Shown: positions 17,425-28,000, counted from the stretch's first letter. The stretch: 60,237 nucleotides of DNA from Gemmatimonadales bacterium (GCA_045803245.1 JBJMPK010000228.1:1-60237), one strand, 5' to 3'. Numbers and translations are program-made. The notes: a model not told the origin generated them from the sequence alone.

Positions 17425-17880
17425 ATGCCCGACACCTTATCGGTTCATTCCATGCCGGCCGTGTTTTCGCCGTTAGCCAAAGCCCTGCTGGACGGCTTCA
17501 GTGAGGGGGTCGTGGTCTTCGATATCGAAGGCCGGATGCTCTACGCGAACACCCCCGCCCGCGAAGCCCTGATTGGAATGGACCTGTCAGAGGGCGCTCC
17601 GGACCTCCAGCCGCGCCTGGCCGCGCTGGGTGGCCGTCTTCGCCCGCTGAGGGTCGGCGGTCTCGAGCTGGGTGAGGCGATGTTCATTCCCGGTGTCGCG
17701 GGCCCGACCACGTTGGCGGCACGGGAAAAGGAGGCTATCGTCAAGACGCTTGATTCCAACAACTGGAAGCTCGCGGAAACGGCCCGGTCGCTCGGTATCA
17801 GCCGTACTACTCTCTGGCGCCGGCTGAAGGCGTACGGGCTCCATCGCGACGGCCGGAGCAAATGGGCGCAAACTTCCTGA
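17425..17880 (+). CDS. Small PAS-like / Fis-type HTH (HTH_8) transcriptional regulator
   Basis: N-terminus GVVVFDIEGRMLYANTPAREAL (PAS-like). C-terminus EKEAIVKTLDSNNWKLAETARSLGISRTTLWRRLKAYGL (classic Fis/NtrC HTH). Confidence 0.7.
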   Translation: MPDTLSVHSMPAVFSPLAKALLDGFSEGVVVFDIEGRMLYANTPAREALIGMDLSEGAPDLQPRLAALGGRLRPLRVGGLELGEAMFIPGVAGPTTLAAREKEAIVKTLDSNNWKLAETARSLGISRTTLWRRLKAYGLHRDGRSKWAQTS

Positions 17881-18968
17881 TTGCTGTCGCTGCCACCCTA
17901 CTCCTCCAGTCGTCCCAGTCCAATCCCACCACTCAGCCGAAGCAAAACTCCCAGCGTTCCGACACCCTCTGGAGCGACGACTCGGAGCCCGGCTTCGGCT
18001 TTGAGCGCCTCTCCGACCTGGCGCAGTACAACCGGGTACAGGGCTTGTCCCTGGGCGCCGGTTATCATTTGCCGCTATCCCGAACCCAGCAGACCAACCT
18101 GTACGCCACGATCCGTTACGGCTTGAGCGACGAGCGGATCACGGGGCGGCTGAGCGTGCTGTCGGGCGGCAGCCGGAGGCGGCTCATCTTGAGCGGCTAC
18201 GACGATATCGCCGACATCGATCCCTTCTCCGCCGGCCGCAACCTCACCAATAGCTTCAACGCGCTTTTCGTGGCTCACGACAACGGGGACTACTTACTCG
18301 CCCGTGGTGGCTCGGCCAGACTGGAGGCAGCCGCTGGGCCTGGCCTGGAGCTGGTCGTGAGTGGTGGAGTTGAGCGGCAAAGCAGTCTCAGACGGACCGC
18401 GGAGTCCGAGGTGAACGATTTTCTGGGTGGAACTGGCAGCTTTCCTTTAAATCCAGGGGTAACGGAAGGAACCTTCGGGTTGGTATCTGCCGGACTCCGC
18501 AGCGTCCGCCGAGTCCGGTGGCAGGTCACCGTCGACCTGGTGGCCGGTGCCGGCCAGGCAACGCCCCGTCTGTTCGGCGAGATCCGGCGCCACTTAGGTT
18601 GGCTCCAGGGGATAACGCTGAAAGGAAAGGCTGGAATCGGAACCAGCCCGGGCCTGCCCCAGACCCTCTTTCGGCTCGGCGGACTGAATACGGTCCGTGG
18701 GTTCGAGTAGGGGTCCCTCGAGGCTCCAGCGTTCTGGGCAGCACAGGCGGACTTGTCCCTCTTTGGCGGCCGCGTGCGGCCGGTAGTGTTCCTGGATGCC
18801 GGCCAGGCGGCGGCGATCTCCAGTTTGTTTTCCAGTACCGCGTTGGTGGGAGGGGGCCTGGGCTTATCGTTCTTCGGTGGACTGGTCCGGTTCGATTTCA
18901 GCCATCCGATCTCGCCCGACACCGGGGGCAAGGTGCGGTTCGATATCGTCATTCAGGGGGTGCGGTGA
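17862..18968 (+). pseudogene. POTRA-less Omp85/BamA-family beta-barrel gene interrupted by an in-frame TAG (18708-18710)
   Basis: Track ORFs 17862..18710 and 18753..18968 share one frame. The Omp85 C-terminal signature runs across the stop: FRLGGLNTVRGFE*GSLEAPAFW...VVFLDAGQA...GGGLGLSFFGGLVRFDFSHPI. Confidence 0.7.
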
Positions 18969-19522
18969 GAAGGTTCGCGGGTCTATTGTCTCTCGGGTTG
19001 GTTGGGCTTTCGGCCTGCAAGGAGGTCGCGCGGCTCCGCGGGGGTGGCGACGACATCGAGGTCCATTGGACCGGGGCCGATCAGGGCAAAGTCTCGGGCA
19101 CGGCCACGGCGGAGTGGTGTTCCCTATTGCGGCTGCTGGAGGTCCAGGCCCTGGCAGGGGATACGGGAGTGGCCCTGGCCATCTATCCGACTGACACGCT
19201 CGCGGCAGGGAAGTACCCGGTGATGGATCCGGCGAAGGCTGAATCGCTCCCGCCTGCCGCGGGCCTGGCGCTCCGATGGCCCACTCAAACCTCGATTAAA
19301 GGCTTTCAAGGAGAGAGTGGCTCGGTGGTTCTCGAGCGCTCCGGCTCGGGACAGTTATCCGGCAGCGTAGCCGCGGTCGCTCGGTCGATAACCGACAATG
19401 GCCGGCTCCGTGTGACCGGTACCTTCCGAGACCTCACCGTGAGGCCTTCGACCCGGGGCTGCGTCCGAGCGGGTCGGGATACAGCCCGAAATGCTCCGCC
19501 TGCCGACACCCTGATACATTGA
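18965..19522 (+). CDS. Lipoprotein of unknown function
   Basis: GTG at 18965 in a GTGA overlap with the preceding stop. Signal and lipobox RRFAGLLSLGLVGLSAC. The upstream part of track ORF 18518..19522 overlaps the Omp85-like frame and is discounted. Confidence 0.6.
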   Translation: MRRFAGLLSLGLVGLSACKEVARLRGGGDDIEVHWTGADQGKVSGTATAEWCSLLRLLEVQALAGDTGVALAIYPTDTLAAGKYPVMDPAKAESLPPAAGLALRWPTQTSIKGFQGESGSVVLERSGSGQLSGSVAAVARSITDNGRLRVTGTFRDLTVRPSTRGCVRAGRDTARNAPPADTLIH

Positions 19523-19526
19523 CAGC

Positions 19527-20756
19527 ATGGAGCACACCTATTTCCGCAAAGGTTTCGGCCTCAAGAACCAAATCGCCGGCCGGCTCACCGCCGATTATCA
19601 CAGCGCGGTGGTCGAGGCGTTCCGGGGCAATGATTATCGGCTCGTGGCCGGAGGCCTGACTTTCCGCCTGGCGCGCGAGTTCGGCTTCTGTTATGGGGTG
19701 GACCGGGCGGTCGAATACGCGTACGAAACCCGCACCAAGTTTCCTGAGCGGCGGATCTTCCTGGTTGGGGAGATCATCCACAATCCGCATGTGAATGAAA
19801 AGCTCCGCCACATGGGGATCACTCTTCTGGCGCACCACGCCGACAGGGAGTTCGATTTCAGTGTGGTCACGCCCGACGACGTGGTCATCATGCCCGCTTT
19901 TGGCGTGACAATCGGGGATTTTCAGCGGCTTCGGGGCATTGGCTGCATTCTGGTAGACACCACCTGCGGCTCGGTATTGAATGTTTGGAAGCGGGTCGAG
20001 AGCTACGCCAGAGATGGGTTCACCGCCATCATCCATGGGAAACACTATCACGAAGAAACCAAAGCCACCGCCAGCCAGGTCATGAAGTACCCCGGAGGCC
20101 GGTATCTGGTGGTCTTCGACATGGCCGAAGCTCGCAAGATCTGCGACTTCATTGAAGGGGGAAGCGATCTCGCCGGTCTCGAAGCCCGGTTCCGCCAGGC
20201 GGTCTCCCCCGGCTTCGATTTCTCCCGGGATCTGACCCACGTCGGCCTGGCCAATCAGACGACGATGCTGTCGGGCGAGTCGCTGGCCATCGCCGAGGAG
20301 GTACGGAAGAGCATCGTCCGCCGTTACGGCGCCGAAGTGCTCGACCAGCATTTCCGCTCGTTCGATACGATCTGTTCCGCCACTCAGGAGCGGCAGGACG
20401 CGGTGCTGGCGCTGCTGCGCGAGCCGCTCGACCTGATGATCGTCGTCGGGGGGTACAACTCCAGCAACACCTGCCACCTCGCGGCGTTAGTCCAGCAGCA
20501 TGGAGTCTCCGCCTTTCATATCGAAGACGCGGAGGGAATCGACGTCGCCACCGGTACCATCCGCCATCAGCCGATCGGGACCAAGAGCGAAGTGGTGGAG
20601 GAAGCCTGGTTGGGTAACGCGAAGGTCATCGGCATTACCGCCGGTGCTTCCACGCCGAACAACAAGGTGGGCGAGACTATCGCGCGGATCAGCGCGGTGG
20701 CGGGAGTGGAGGCGGAACTGGGCTCGGCATTAGAAGGCGCGAAAGGTGAACAGTGA
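19527..20756 (+). CDS. ispH: 4-hydroxy-3-methylbut-2-enyl diphosphate reductase, long (about 400-aa) form
   Basis: GFCYGVDRAV, VDTTCGSV, ANQTTM and ICSATQERQ motifs, including the three conserved Cys contexts of IspH/LytB. Confidence 0.9.
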   Translation: MEHTYFRKGFGLKNQIAGRLTADYHSAVVEAFRGNDYRLVAGGLTFRLAREFGFCYGVDRAVEYAYETRTKFPERRIFLVGEIIHNPHVNEKLRHMGITLLAHHADREFDFSVVTPDDVVIMPAFGVTIGDFQRLRGIGCILVDTTCGSVLNVWKRVESYARDGFTAIIHGKHYHEETKATASQVMKYPGGRYLVVFDMAEARKICDFIEGGSDLAGLEARFRQAVSPGFDFSRDLTHVGLANQTTMLSGESLAIAEEVRKSIVRRYGAEVLDQHFRSFDTICSATQERQDAVLALLREPLDLMIVVGGYNSSNTCHLAALVQQHGVSAFHIEDAEGIDVATGTIRHQPIGTKSEVVEEAWLGNAKVIGITAGASTPNNKVGETIARISAVAGVEAELGSALEGAKGEQ

Positions 20757-20766
20757 ACGGTAAACA
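20746..20766. repeat. Heptamer array gtgaaca gtgaacg gtaaaca
   Basis: Three 7-nt units. The ispH stop TGA (20754-20756) lies inside the second unit. The array ends 6 nt before the next ATG. Confidence 0.85.
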
Positions 20767-20772
20767 GGTCGC

Positions 20773-21438
20773 ATGCCTTTCGTCGACCTGAGCCATACCA
20801 TCGAGCACGGGATGACCACGTATCCCGGCCTTCCCGGTCCCATCATATGTGATTATCTCAGCCGCGCGGCGTCGCGCGAACATTACGCCGCCGGCGTCGA
20901 GTTCCACATCGGCAAGATCGAGATGGTCGCGAATACCGGCACCTACCTGGATTCCCCGTTCCACCGGTACGCCGACGGCAAGGATCTCTCCCAGCTTGGG
21001 CTGGAATCGTTGGCCGGGCTCGAGGGAGTCGTGGTGCGGCTTTCGCCGGGGCACGGCCGCGCCATCACCAGCCAGGCTTTCACCGGTGCGGACGTCCGGG
21101 GGAAGGCGGTCCTGGTGCATACCGGCTGGGACGCGCACTGGCGAACCGAACGGTACCTGTCAGGCCATCCTTTTCTGACTGGGGACGCGGCGGACTACCT
21201 GCTGACCAGTGGGGCGGTTCTGGTCGGCATCGATTCGCTCAATATCGACGACATTGGCGATCGCAGCCGGCCGGTTCATTCGACCCTGCTCGGCGCCGAG
21301 GTACCCATCGTCGAGCACATGTGCAACCTGGCCGCTCTCCCCGATCGGGATTTTCGATTCTACGCGGTCCCCGCCAAGGTGGCCGGGTTCGGCACCTGGC
21401 CGGTCCGGGCGTTTGGCCATGTCCTTCCGCCAGACTAG
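20773..21438 (+). CDS. Cyclase-family protein (kynurenine formamidase-like fold)
   Basis: 221 aa. DLSH..E.GM..YPG, NTGTYLDSPFH and VGIDSLNID are typical of the putative cyclase family. Confidence 0.7.
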   Translation: MPFVDLSHTIEHGMTTYPGLPGPIICDYLSRAASREHYAAGVEFHIGKIEMVANTGTYLDSPFHRYADGKDLSQLGLESLAGLEGVVVRLSPGHGRAITSQAFTGADVRGKAVLVHTGWDAHWRTERYLSGHPFLTGDAADYLLTSGAVLVGIDSLNIDDIGDRSRPVHSTLLGAEVPIVEHMCNLAALPDRDFRFYAVPAKVAGFGTWPVRAFGHVLPPD

Positions 21439-22381
21439 CGTCTCCGGTTTTCCCGCCATCGCTCTGCGGTCGGCGGAAGTCGAGGTCGTCGCGGTTCCCG
21501 CCCTGGGTATGAAGCTCACCAACCTGCGGCGGCTCGACGGCCGCGAGTGGCTGTGGCGCAGCGATCAGATTCCGCTGGCCCCAGCCCGGGCCGGCGCCTC
21601 CTACGTAGAAACCGCCGACAGCGGTGGCTGGGATGAGTGCTTCCCCACCGTCGCGCCCTGTCCAATCCCCGGCGCACCTCCGGGTACGCCTCCACTCCCC
21701 GACCACGGGGAGCTCTGGAGCGCCGCCTGGAGCAGCTCGGTCCTGGAGGGCGCCGAAGGTACCACGCTCGTCGGCTCGGCAGTCGGAGCGGCGTTCCCCT
21801 ATGAATTTCATCGTCGCGTTACCCTGGACCCCGATCAGCCGCTGGTTCGCTTTCAGTACCTTCTGCGCCACACGGGACTGGAGCCGTTTCCCTGGATATG
21901 GTCGTGCCACCCACTGCTCAACGTGCAGCCGGGAAGCGTACTGTCGGTACCGCATATGACCCACGCTAGAGTCGCTGCCGTGCACGGCCGCACCGATTGG
22001 GATGAGGGCGACGTCATCCGGTGGTCCGATGCGGTCGGCGGGAGCGGTGAAAGGTTCACCTTCCCGGCCTCAGATAACTGGGCGGCCAAGCTCTTCGGCG
22101 ATCTGGGACCCGGCGGGCGCGCGACGCTGACCGACCCACGGCGCGGTGAACGGCTGGAATTCGCCGTCCAGCCCACCGAGGTGCCGCAGCTGGGGATCTG
22201 GATCAATTGTCGCGGATGGGCACCGCCGGGGCGAATCCCGTACTACAATCTCGCCCTGGAGCCGTGCATCGGAGCTCCCGATCGATTGGATCTGGCTCAG
22301 GAAGAGTGGCATACTGCTCAGATCCTTCAACCGGGCGAAGCGCGGCAATGGTCAATGGAGCTACGGCTGCCGGAGCTATGA
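21419..22381 (+). CDS. Aldose-1-epimerase/mutarotase-like superfamily protein
   Basis: Start at Met71 of the track ORF (ATG 21419), a 20-nt overlap with the cyclase gene. GGWDECFP and LPDHGELW motifs resemble the galactose-mutarotase-like fold. Confidence 0.55.
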   Translation: MSFRQTSVSGFPAIALRSAEVEVVAVPALGMKLTNLRRLDGREWLWRSDQIPLAPARAGASYVETADSGGWDECFPTVAPCPIPGAPPGTPPLPDHGELWSAAWSSSVLEGAEGTTLVGSAVGAAFPYEFHRRVTLDPDQPLVRFQYLLRHTGLEPFPWIWSCHPLLNVQPGSVLSVPHMTHARVAAVHGRTDWDEGDVIRWSDAVGGSGERFTFPASDNWAAKLFGDLGPGGRATLTDPRRGERLEFAVQPTEVPQLGIWINCRGWAPPGRIPYYNLALEPCIGAPDRLDLAQEEWHTAQILQPGEARQWSMELRLPEL

Positions 22382-23320
22382 TTCCGAAGATTCGAGCATC
22401 TCCGCTACCGCGGCAATCGTGAGCGGAGCGCTTCCCTCCGCCCGGTTGTTAACCAGGAGATAGGCGGGAATCTTCATCTGTACCGCTTTCTGCACCAGGC
22501 GCGCGAGGTCCCTCCTCAGCTTCGGGTTGGGCTCGCGGATGCGATCGTAGGGAGCGAAGGCGTCAACCGCCTCGTCGTAGGTTCGGCCGGGGCGGAGCAG
22601 GGCCCGCGCCAGAATGAAGGGGCCGGATACTGCGCCGGGAAGATCGAGTTGATGCCCGATCGGTGGCATGCGGGTCCAGGAGTTAAACACGTGAGCGACG
22701 CCGTGCTCCCGCAATACGGCGAAATACATCGGGGTGAGGAACTCTTCGTTCCTGATCTCGACCGCGAACTGGGCATCCCGAGGCAAGGCGCCGAAAAATT
22801 CATCCAACCGGCCCGCAAAGCTCTCGGGTCCAATCCCACTCGACTTGGCGATGGTCTGGAACTCGAACACGAAAGGGCCGGTGTTGCTGACGAAGTGACG
22901 CCGATAGGGCTCGTAGATCTCCTCCACAAACAGCTCGGGATTGAGGAAGTCGGGGTTGAGCTTGCCCGCCTTGTCTGCGTCTTGCGCCTTAGTGAACGTG
23001 TGAATCGTCAGCTGGCCCCAGACCTTACTGACGCAGGGAAACCCCGGAGGCAGGTGCTCGGCGTAGCTTCGAAGGACGGCTTCGGTGGGTGGGCCATAGT
23101 AGCTCGAATCGATTCCCACCGTGCCGAAGAGCGGGAAGGACGCGTATTCCTCCAGCATCCTTGCGGCAGCGCCCTTCGGCCCATAATCGCGGCGGTACAC
23201 CAGTCCCCGCCAGCCGGGATAGTTCCAAGTCGAGGTGCCGAAGCGCACCAGCGGTGGGATACGGCTTCGTAAGCGCTCGAGCTCTCCGGAGCCGACTGAA
23301 TCCGAGCCAACTTCAGTCAC
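22376..23320 (-). CDS. DUF72 (UPF0759) family protein
   Basis: FGTSTWNYPGWRGLVY and IDSSYYGPP are DUF72 hallmarks. The start is proposed at GTG 23320 because the longer ORF would overlap the upstream gene; this start is uncertain. Confidence 0.7.
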   Translation of the reverse strand: MTEVGSDSVGSGELERLRSRIPPLVRFGTSTWNYPGWRGLVYRRDYGPKGAAARMLEEYASFPLFGTVGIDSSYYGPPTEAVLRSYAEHLPPGFPCVSKVWGQLTIHTFTKAQDADKAGKLNPDFLNPELFVEEIYEPYRRHFVSNTGPFVFEFQTIAKSSGIGPESFAGRLDEFFGALPRDAQFAVEIRNEEFLTPMYFAVLREHGVAHVFNSWTRMPPIGHQLDLPGAVSGPFILARALLRPGRTYDEAVDAFAPYDRIREPNPKLRRDLARLVQKAVQMKIPAYLLVNNRAEGSAPLTIAAVAEMLESSES

Positions 23321-23327
23321 GTCAGGC

Positions 23328-24503
23328 TCAGGGACTGGGAACGATCTTGGACACCCGGCCTGAGCTCTCGAGCAGGTACAACTCGCCGGCCGCATCCTCA
23401 CCGAAACTGGTGAGCGAGGTGGGTGTGCCAAGCTCCGGCCAGTTAGTCATGTCGGTGGCCGCGCTGCCGTCATAACGGAAGCTGTGAACCCAGCGCTGGC
23501 AGTAGTCCCCATAGAAGTACGTCCCCTGAAGATCCGGCAGTGTGCTACCCCGGTAGACGTATCCCCCGATCACCGAGCAGCCCTCGCCATGACCATATTG
23601 AAACGTCGGCGAGGTCAGACCGGTCTGATCGCACTGGCCGCCGCCCAGGCACTGGTTTCCTTCCATGACACTCCATCCATAGTTCACACCCCTTCCTCCG
23701 CCACTGGAAGCGGTAGCGACATCGATCTCTTCCAGATTGTCCTGGCCCACATCGGCAATGTAGAGATCCCCGCTCGCTCGATCGAAGCTGAACCGCCAGG
23801 GATTTCGAAGGCCATAGCTCCAGAGCTCCGGCCGCACCGCGGGTTGCTGGCCGACGAAGGGGTTGTCGGAGGGCACTGTGTATGCGGTTCCCGGTGAAAC
23901 GTCCAGACGCAGAATGGAGCCTAGCAGGTCGGATCGATCCTGGCCTCGTCCTTGGGGATCATTCGCGGACCCACCGTCCCCAAGGCCCAGGTACAAGAAG
24001 CCGTCGGGTCCAAAGCCGATCTGACCGCCATTGTGATTGGGGAAGGGTTGATCGGCGGTGAGGATTACCTGCTCGCTCGTCCCGTCCGCCACATCCGGAT
24101 CGCTCGAGACCTGAAACACCGAGAGGCGAGTATTGCCGGAAAGGTCGGTGTAGTGGACGAGAAAGCGACCGGAGGTGGCGTAATCGGGATAAAAAGCCAA
24201 CCCCAGGAGCCCCTGTTCGCTGCCTCCAGACACTTGCCCACTGAGGTCGAGAAAGGCGGTTGGAAGAAGCGTTCCATTCTTGACGATGCGGATGCCCCCG
24301 GTCTTTTCTACAATGAAGAGCCGGCCGAGGTCGCCTGGGGGAGCGGTGAGGTAGAGCGGAAAGCTCAATCCATTGGCAATCTCAGCCAGATGGATCCCGG
24401 TTCCCGAGGGTATAGTGGAGTGGGCCTCCGATCCGCAGGAACCGGCCCCCCCGGCAACGATGGGCGGGAGCACTATCCAGGCGAGCAGGTGGGGGAACCG
24501 CAT
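23328..24503 (-). CDS. PQQ-dependent soluble sugar (glucose/sorbosone) dehydrogenase, beta-propeller
   Basis: 391 aa with a signal peptide. Motifs EQGLLGLAF, HNGGQIGFGPDGFLYLGLGDGG, GLRNPWRFSFD, DVGQDNLEEI and NYGW are typical of the sGDH family. Confidence 0.8.
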   Translation of the reverse strand: MRFPHLLAWIVLPPIVAGGAGSCGSEAHSTIPSGTGIHLAEIANGLSFPLYLTAPPGDLGRLFIVEKTGGIRIVKNGTLLPTAFLDLSGQVSGGSEQGLLGLAFYPDYATSGRFLVHYTDLSGNTRLSVFQVSSDPDVADGTSEQVILTADQPFPNHNGGQIGFGPDGFLYLGLGDGGSANDPQGRGQDRSDLLGSILRLDVSPGTAYTVPSDNPFVGQQPAVRPELWSYGLRNPWRFSFDRASGDLYIADVGQDNLEEIDVATASSGGGRGVNYGWSVMEGNQCLGGGQCDQTGLTSPTFQYGHGEGCSVIGGYVYRGSTLPDLQGTYFYGDYCQRWVHSFRYDGSAATDMTNWPELGTPTSLTSFGEDAAGELYLLESSGRVSKIVPSP

Positions 24504-24532
24504 GGCTAATCCTTTCGGCCAGATCGAGTCTA

Positions 24533-25018
24533 ATGATAGCTAGCCCTTGGATCCGGACCGTGGCGCTGATACCTCTGCTCGGCTGCACCCCACTGGGATT
24601 CTGGGTGTATGGCGACCCGGTGGTGAGCGTTTCCCGGGTTACGCTACGACTCGAGCGCCTGAGATACCGGGGGGAATCGCCTGTCGTGGTGGCCCTCGCG
24701 GTGGAGAATCCCAACGATTACGCGCTATCCAGCGAGCGAGTCGAGCTTTCCCTCCGGCTCGACGGCGTGCCCATCGGGAAACTCAGGCGGGACAGTACGG
24801 TGCCGGTCGAGATGGCAGCGGTCTCAACCCTGGCGTTGGCCGTGCCGTTGGAGAAGCAGGCCACTCCCGAGCATCTGGCGGCGCTGGGCTCGGGCACCCA
24901 CAGCTTCGCGGTGCGGGGACGCGCTACCTTCCGGACTCCATTTGGGATGCGAAAGGTGCGTTTTGAACAAGAAGGCGCGATGAAATTCGGCGGGCGAATC
25001 ACCGATTCAGTGCCGTAG
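24533..25018 (+). CDS. LEA type-2 (NDR1/HIN1-like) domain lipoprotein
   Basis: Signal and lipobox ALIPLLGC. Beta-sandwich LEA_2-like pattern (VALAVENPNDYALSSERVELSLRLDGVPIG). 12-nt convergent overlap with the dnaE2 3' end. Confidence 0.55.
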   Translation: MIASPWIRTVALIPLLGCTPLGFWVYGDPVVSVSRVTLRLERLRYRGESPVVVALAVENPNDYALSSERVELSLRLDGVPIGKLRRDSTVPVEMAAVSTLALAVPLEKQATPEHLAALGSGTHSFAVRGRATFRTPFGMRKVRFEQEGAMKFGGRITDSVP

Positions 25019-28000
25019 TCTGGCCTGGACTCGTTCCAGGCGATCCAGCCGGGTAATAGTAAGGGTCACCACTCCAAACTCCTGCTCCACCTTTCCTCGA
25101 AAGATGAACGGTCCCTGGTCGAACAAGACGTGGCCGCGTTCCCGATAGATCCGGGGGAAGAGTACCGCCTCGATCAGTCCGTGACCATCATCGAAGGTGG
25201 CAAACTCCATCGGCTCCTCGTTCTGCGTGTGTACCGGCTTGGCGGTCGTGAGCATGCCGGCCGCCAGGATATGCCGGCCCACGTGACGGTGCAGATCGGT
25301 GCTTCGGCACAGACGAAGCCGCCGGATATGATCGGCGTGGAGCTGCATCGGATGCGCATCGGTCATGAACCCCAGCGCTTGGTACTCTTCCCTGCGGCGG
25401 CGCTCGGGGGAGTACTCCTTGAGAGTTGGAACCGCAGCAGGTAGTTGACTGAACCAATCGTCCAATGGAGCTTCGGCCCCTTCGCTGCACTCAGGGTGAC
25501 AATCAACAGACTCGTCTCTAAACCGCCCCGCCGCCCCGCCGCCCCGCTGCCCCGCTGAATCCACCATCCACAGCATCATCGGCCGGGTCCACCCCTGCGC
25601 GATCGAATCGAGGGCGCCGACCTTGATCAGAAGACGCAGATCTGATGGAGCGATGCCGGTGCGCGCCCGGAAGTCGAAGATGCTTTGGTACGGATGCGAA
25701 GGTGCACGGTCGGTCCAGCCGTCCGCCCGTCCGCCCGTCCGCCCGTCCACCCGCGCAGCGAACACCCGCTCCACCGCGTCCGCCGACAGCCCCTTCACGA
25801 ACTGCAATCCAATCCGGATCTCTTTCCCCTGACCGGTGCAACGGAACTCACTGGCGTTGACATCAGGCGGGAGGATGGTGAGGCCCATCCGCATGGCTTC
25901 CGCTATATACGCGAACGGCTGATAAAACCCACCACCGTTCGACAGCACCGCCGCCATGAACTCCGCCGGATGATTGGCCCGGAGAGCGCAGGCATGCTGC
26001 GCGATCTGGATATAGGAGCACGAGTGTCCTTTGCAGAAGCTGTACCCCGCAAACGACATGATCATCTCCCAGACCTGCTTGGCCGCATCCGGAGCGCGGC
26101 CCAGACGCGCTGCCCCGGCGAAGAATTCCTCCGCATACGCGGCGAGGTGCTTAGTCGGGCGCTTCTTGGAAAGCGCCTTGCGGAGCCCATCGCCTGTGGC
26201 AGGCGACATTCCGGCAAACGTGGCACAGACGTTCACCACGTCCTCCTGGTACACCATGATCCCGAACGATTCGAGGAGGGTGTCCCGCAGCGATGGATCG
26301 AGCGGCTGGTACGGCTGTTTGTTGCGCAGTCGCTCGAGGTAGATGTGTATGTACTTGTTCGACGCCGGACGGATCATGCTGGTATTGAGGACCAGCAGCT
26401 CGAAGGTATCCGCCTGGCTTCTGGCGCAGAGGAGGCGGGAGGCCGGAGATTCGGTGTAAAAAACCCCCATGGTTTGGCCGGTGCGGAACAGAGCCTTGGC
26501 TCCCTCGTCCTCGCCCGCCTCCGCTGAGGTGTAGTCAATGCGATGACTTGTGTTCCCATGCACCGCCGCGATGGCGTCGCGAATCACTGCCAGCGACCGA
26601 TTTCCCAGGAGATCGATCTTCACCAGCCCGGCATCCTCGGTGCCGTCTTTCTCGAACTGAATGACCGGCACCTGGAGATCGGGATCGTCGCTCAGCTGCT
26701 TGGCCGCGGGCTCCACCGGTACGTAATCGGTGAGCGGCGTCGGCGTGATCACCACCCCCCCGGCATGGACCGACAAGTGACGCGGGATGCCAACCAGACT
26801 CTCGGCAGACCGGGCATACTCCTGCCAGGCGGCCGGCAGGCTGAGTCCCCGAAAGTTGGGATGACTCGCCACTAAATCCGGTAGCCGCGCGCCGGTCTCA
26901 TAGAAAAAGGGGATACGCCGCGTCACCTCCCGAATCTCGCCGGCCGGGCGGCCATGCACCTTGGCCACCTCCCGGAGAGCTCCGCGGGGCTGAAAGGTGT
27001 TGTGGTTGGCCACCATGGCAGCATGCAACCGGGGATACCGGCGAAACACGTACGCCAGCACCTTATCCCGCTCGTCCCAGGGAAAATCCAGATCGATATC
27101 GGGCGGGTCACGCCGCTCGAGATTGAGAAAACGCTCGAAGACGAGCTTGGATCCGATCGGGTCCACGTGCGTGATGCCGAGACAGTAGCTTACGACCGAA
27201 TTGGCGACCGAGCCTCGCCCGCAGTGAGTGGGGCCGTTCCGGACAATGTCACGAACCACCAGGAAGTAGTCGGCAAAACCCTTCTGAGCGATGACCCCGA
27301 GCTCCAGGTCGAGCCGCTGCTGCAGCTCCCGGGTGATGACGGGATAGCGCCATCGAGCGCCATCGAGGGTCAAGCCGCGGAGCTGATCGAAGGCACCCGC
27401 GGTGTCGGCCATACGAGGCGGCACGATACGGTTTCCGACCGGAATCTGATAGCGGCATCGCTCCGCGATCTGGGCCGCGGCGAGAATGGCCTCGGGACAA
27501 TCGGGGAAGTGGCGCGCCAGGTCGGGGGTGGAGCAGAGCCAGGCACCGGTGGGCCAGACTGCTTCGGACGGTAGCGCCGATAGCGTGGTGTTCAACGCAA
27601 TGGCGCGAAGCAGGCGGTGTCGGCTCCACTGCTCCGCCTGCGCCGCCACGACGCCGTTGGTGGCGACAACCGGCAGCCGGAGCCGGCGTGCCGCGGCGAG
27701 CACCGCGTGTCGCTCGCGTCCGGGCCGGAGCTCCGCGTAGAGATTCTCCGGGCCACTCAGGCGGAGAACCTGCTCCAGGAAACCCGGGTTGCGCGAGAGA
27801 AGGATGAGGCCATCGCGGTCGTGCGCGAGGAGGGAGGGCAGGCGGACGGGCGTCCGCCAGTGAATTGCGGTGATCGCTCGACACAAGGCCGCCCACCCGC
27901 ATTCATTGGACGCTAATGCCACCACTTCCTGGTCATCTACGACGAGATGGGCCCCCAGTATGGGCCGTACACCAACAGCGGCACAGGCGCGCTGAAACTC

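Noticed and set aside
18708-18710. TAG as pyrrolysine or a reassigned sense codon.
   Set aside because: TAG terminates several well-defined neighbouring genes at family-consistent C-termini, and the window holds no pyl genes. A pseudogene or a sequencing error is more parsimonious.
14690-19522. Helicase + regulator + Omp85-like + lipoprotein cluster as a candidate phage-defence or secretion system.
   Set aside because: No nuclease, methyltransferase, TIR/SIR2, reverse transcriptase, ATPase-toxin pair or other defence hallmark is recognisable. Gene junctions, apart from regulator/Omp85/lipoprotein, are not coupled. The cluster is reported as individual genes only.
19434-20477. 347-aa minus-strand ORF antisense to ispH. 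Similar long antisense or alternate-frame ORFs occur at 15341-16180, 29606-30583, 57151-58350, 40846-42051, 2916-3716, 5129-5752 and 41891-42628.
   Set aside because: These are typical high-GC shadow ORFs. They are Arg/Pro/Gly/Ala-rich with no recognisable motifs, and they fully overlap genes that carry strong family signatures in another frame.
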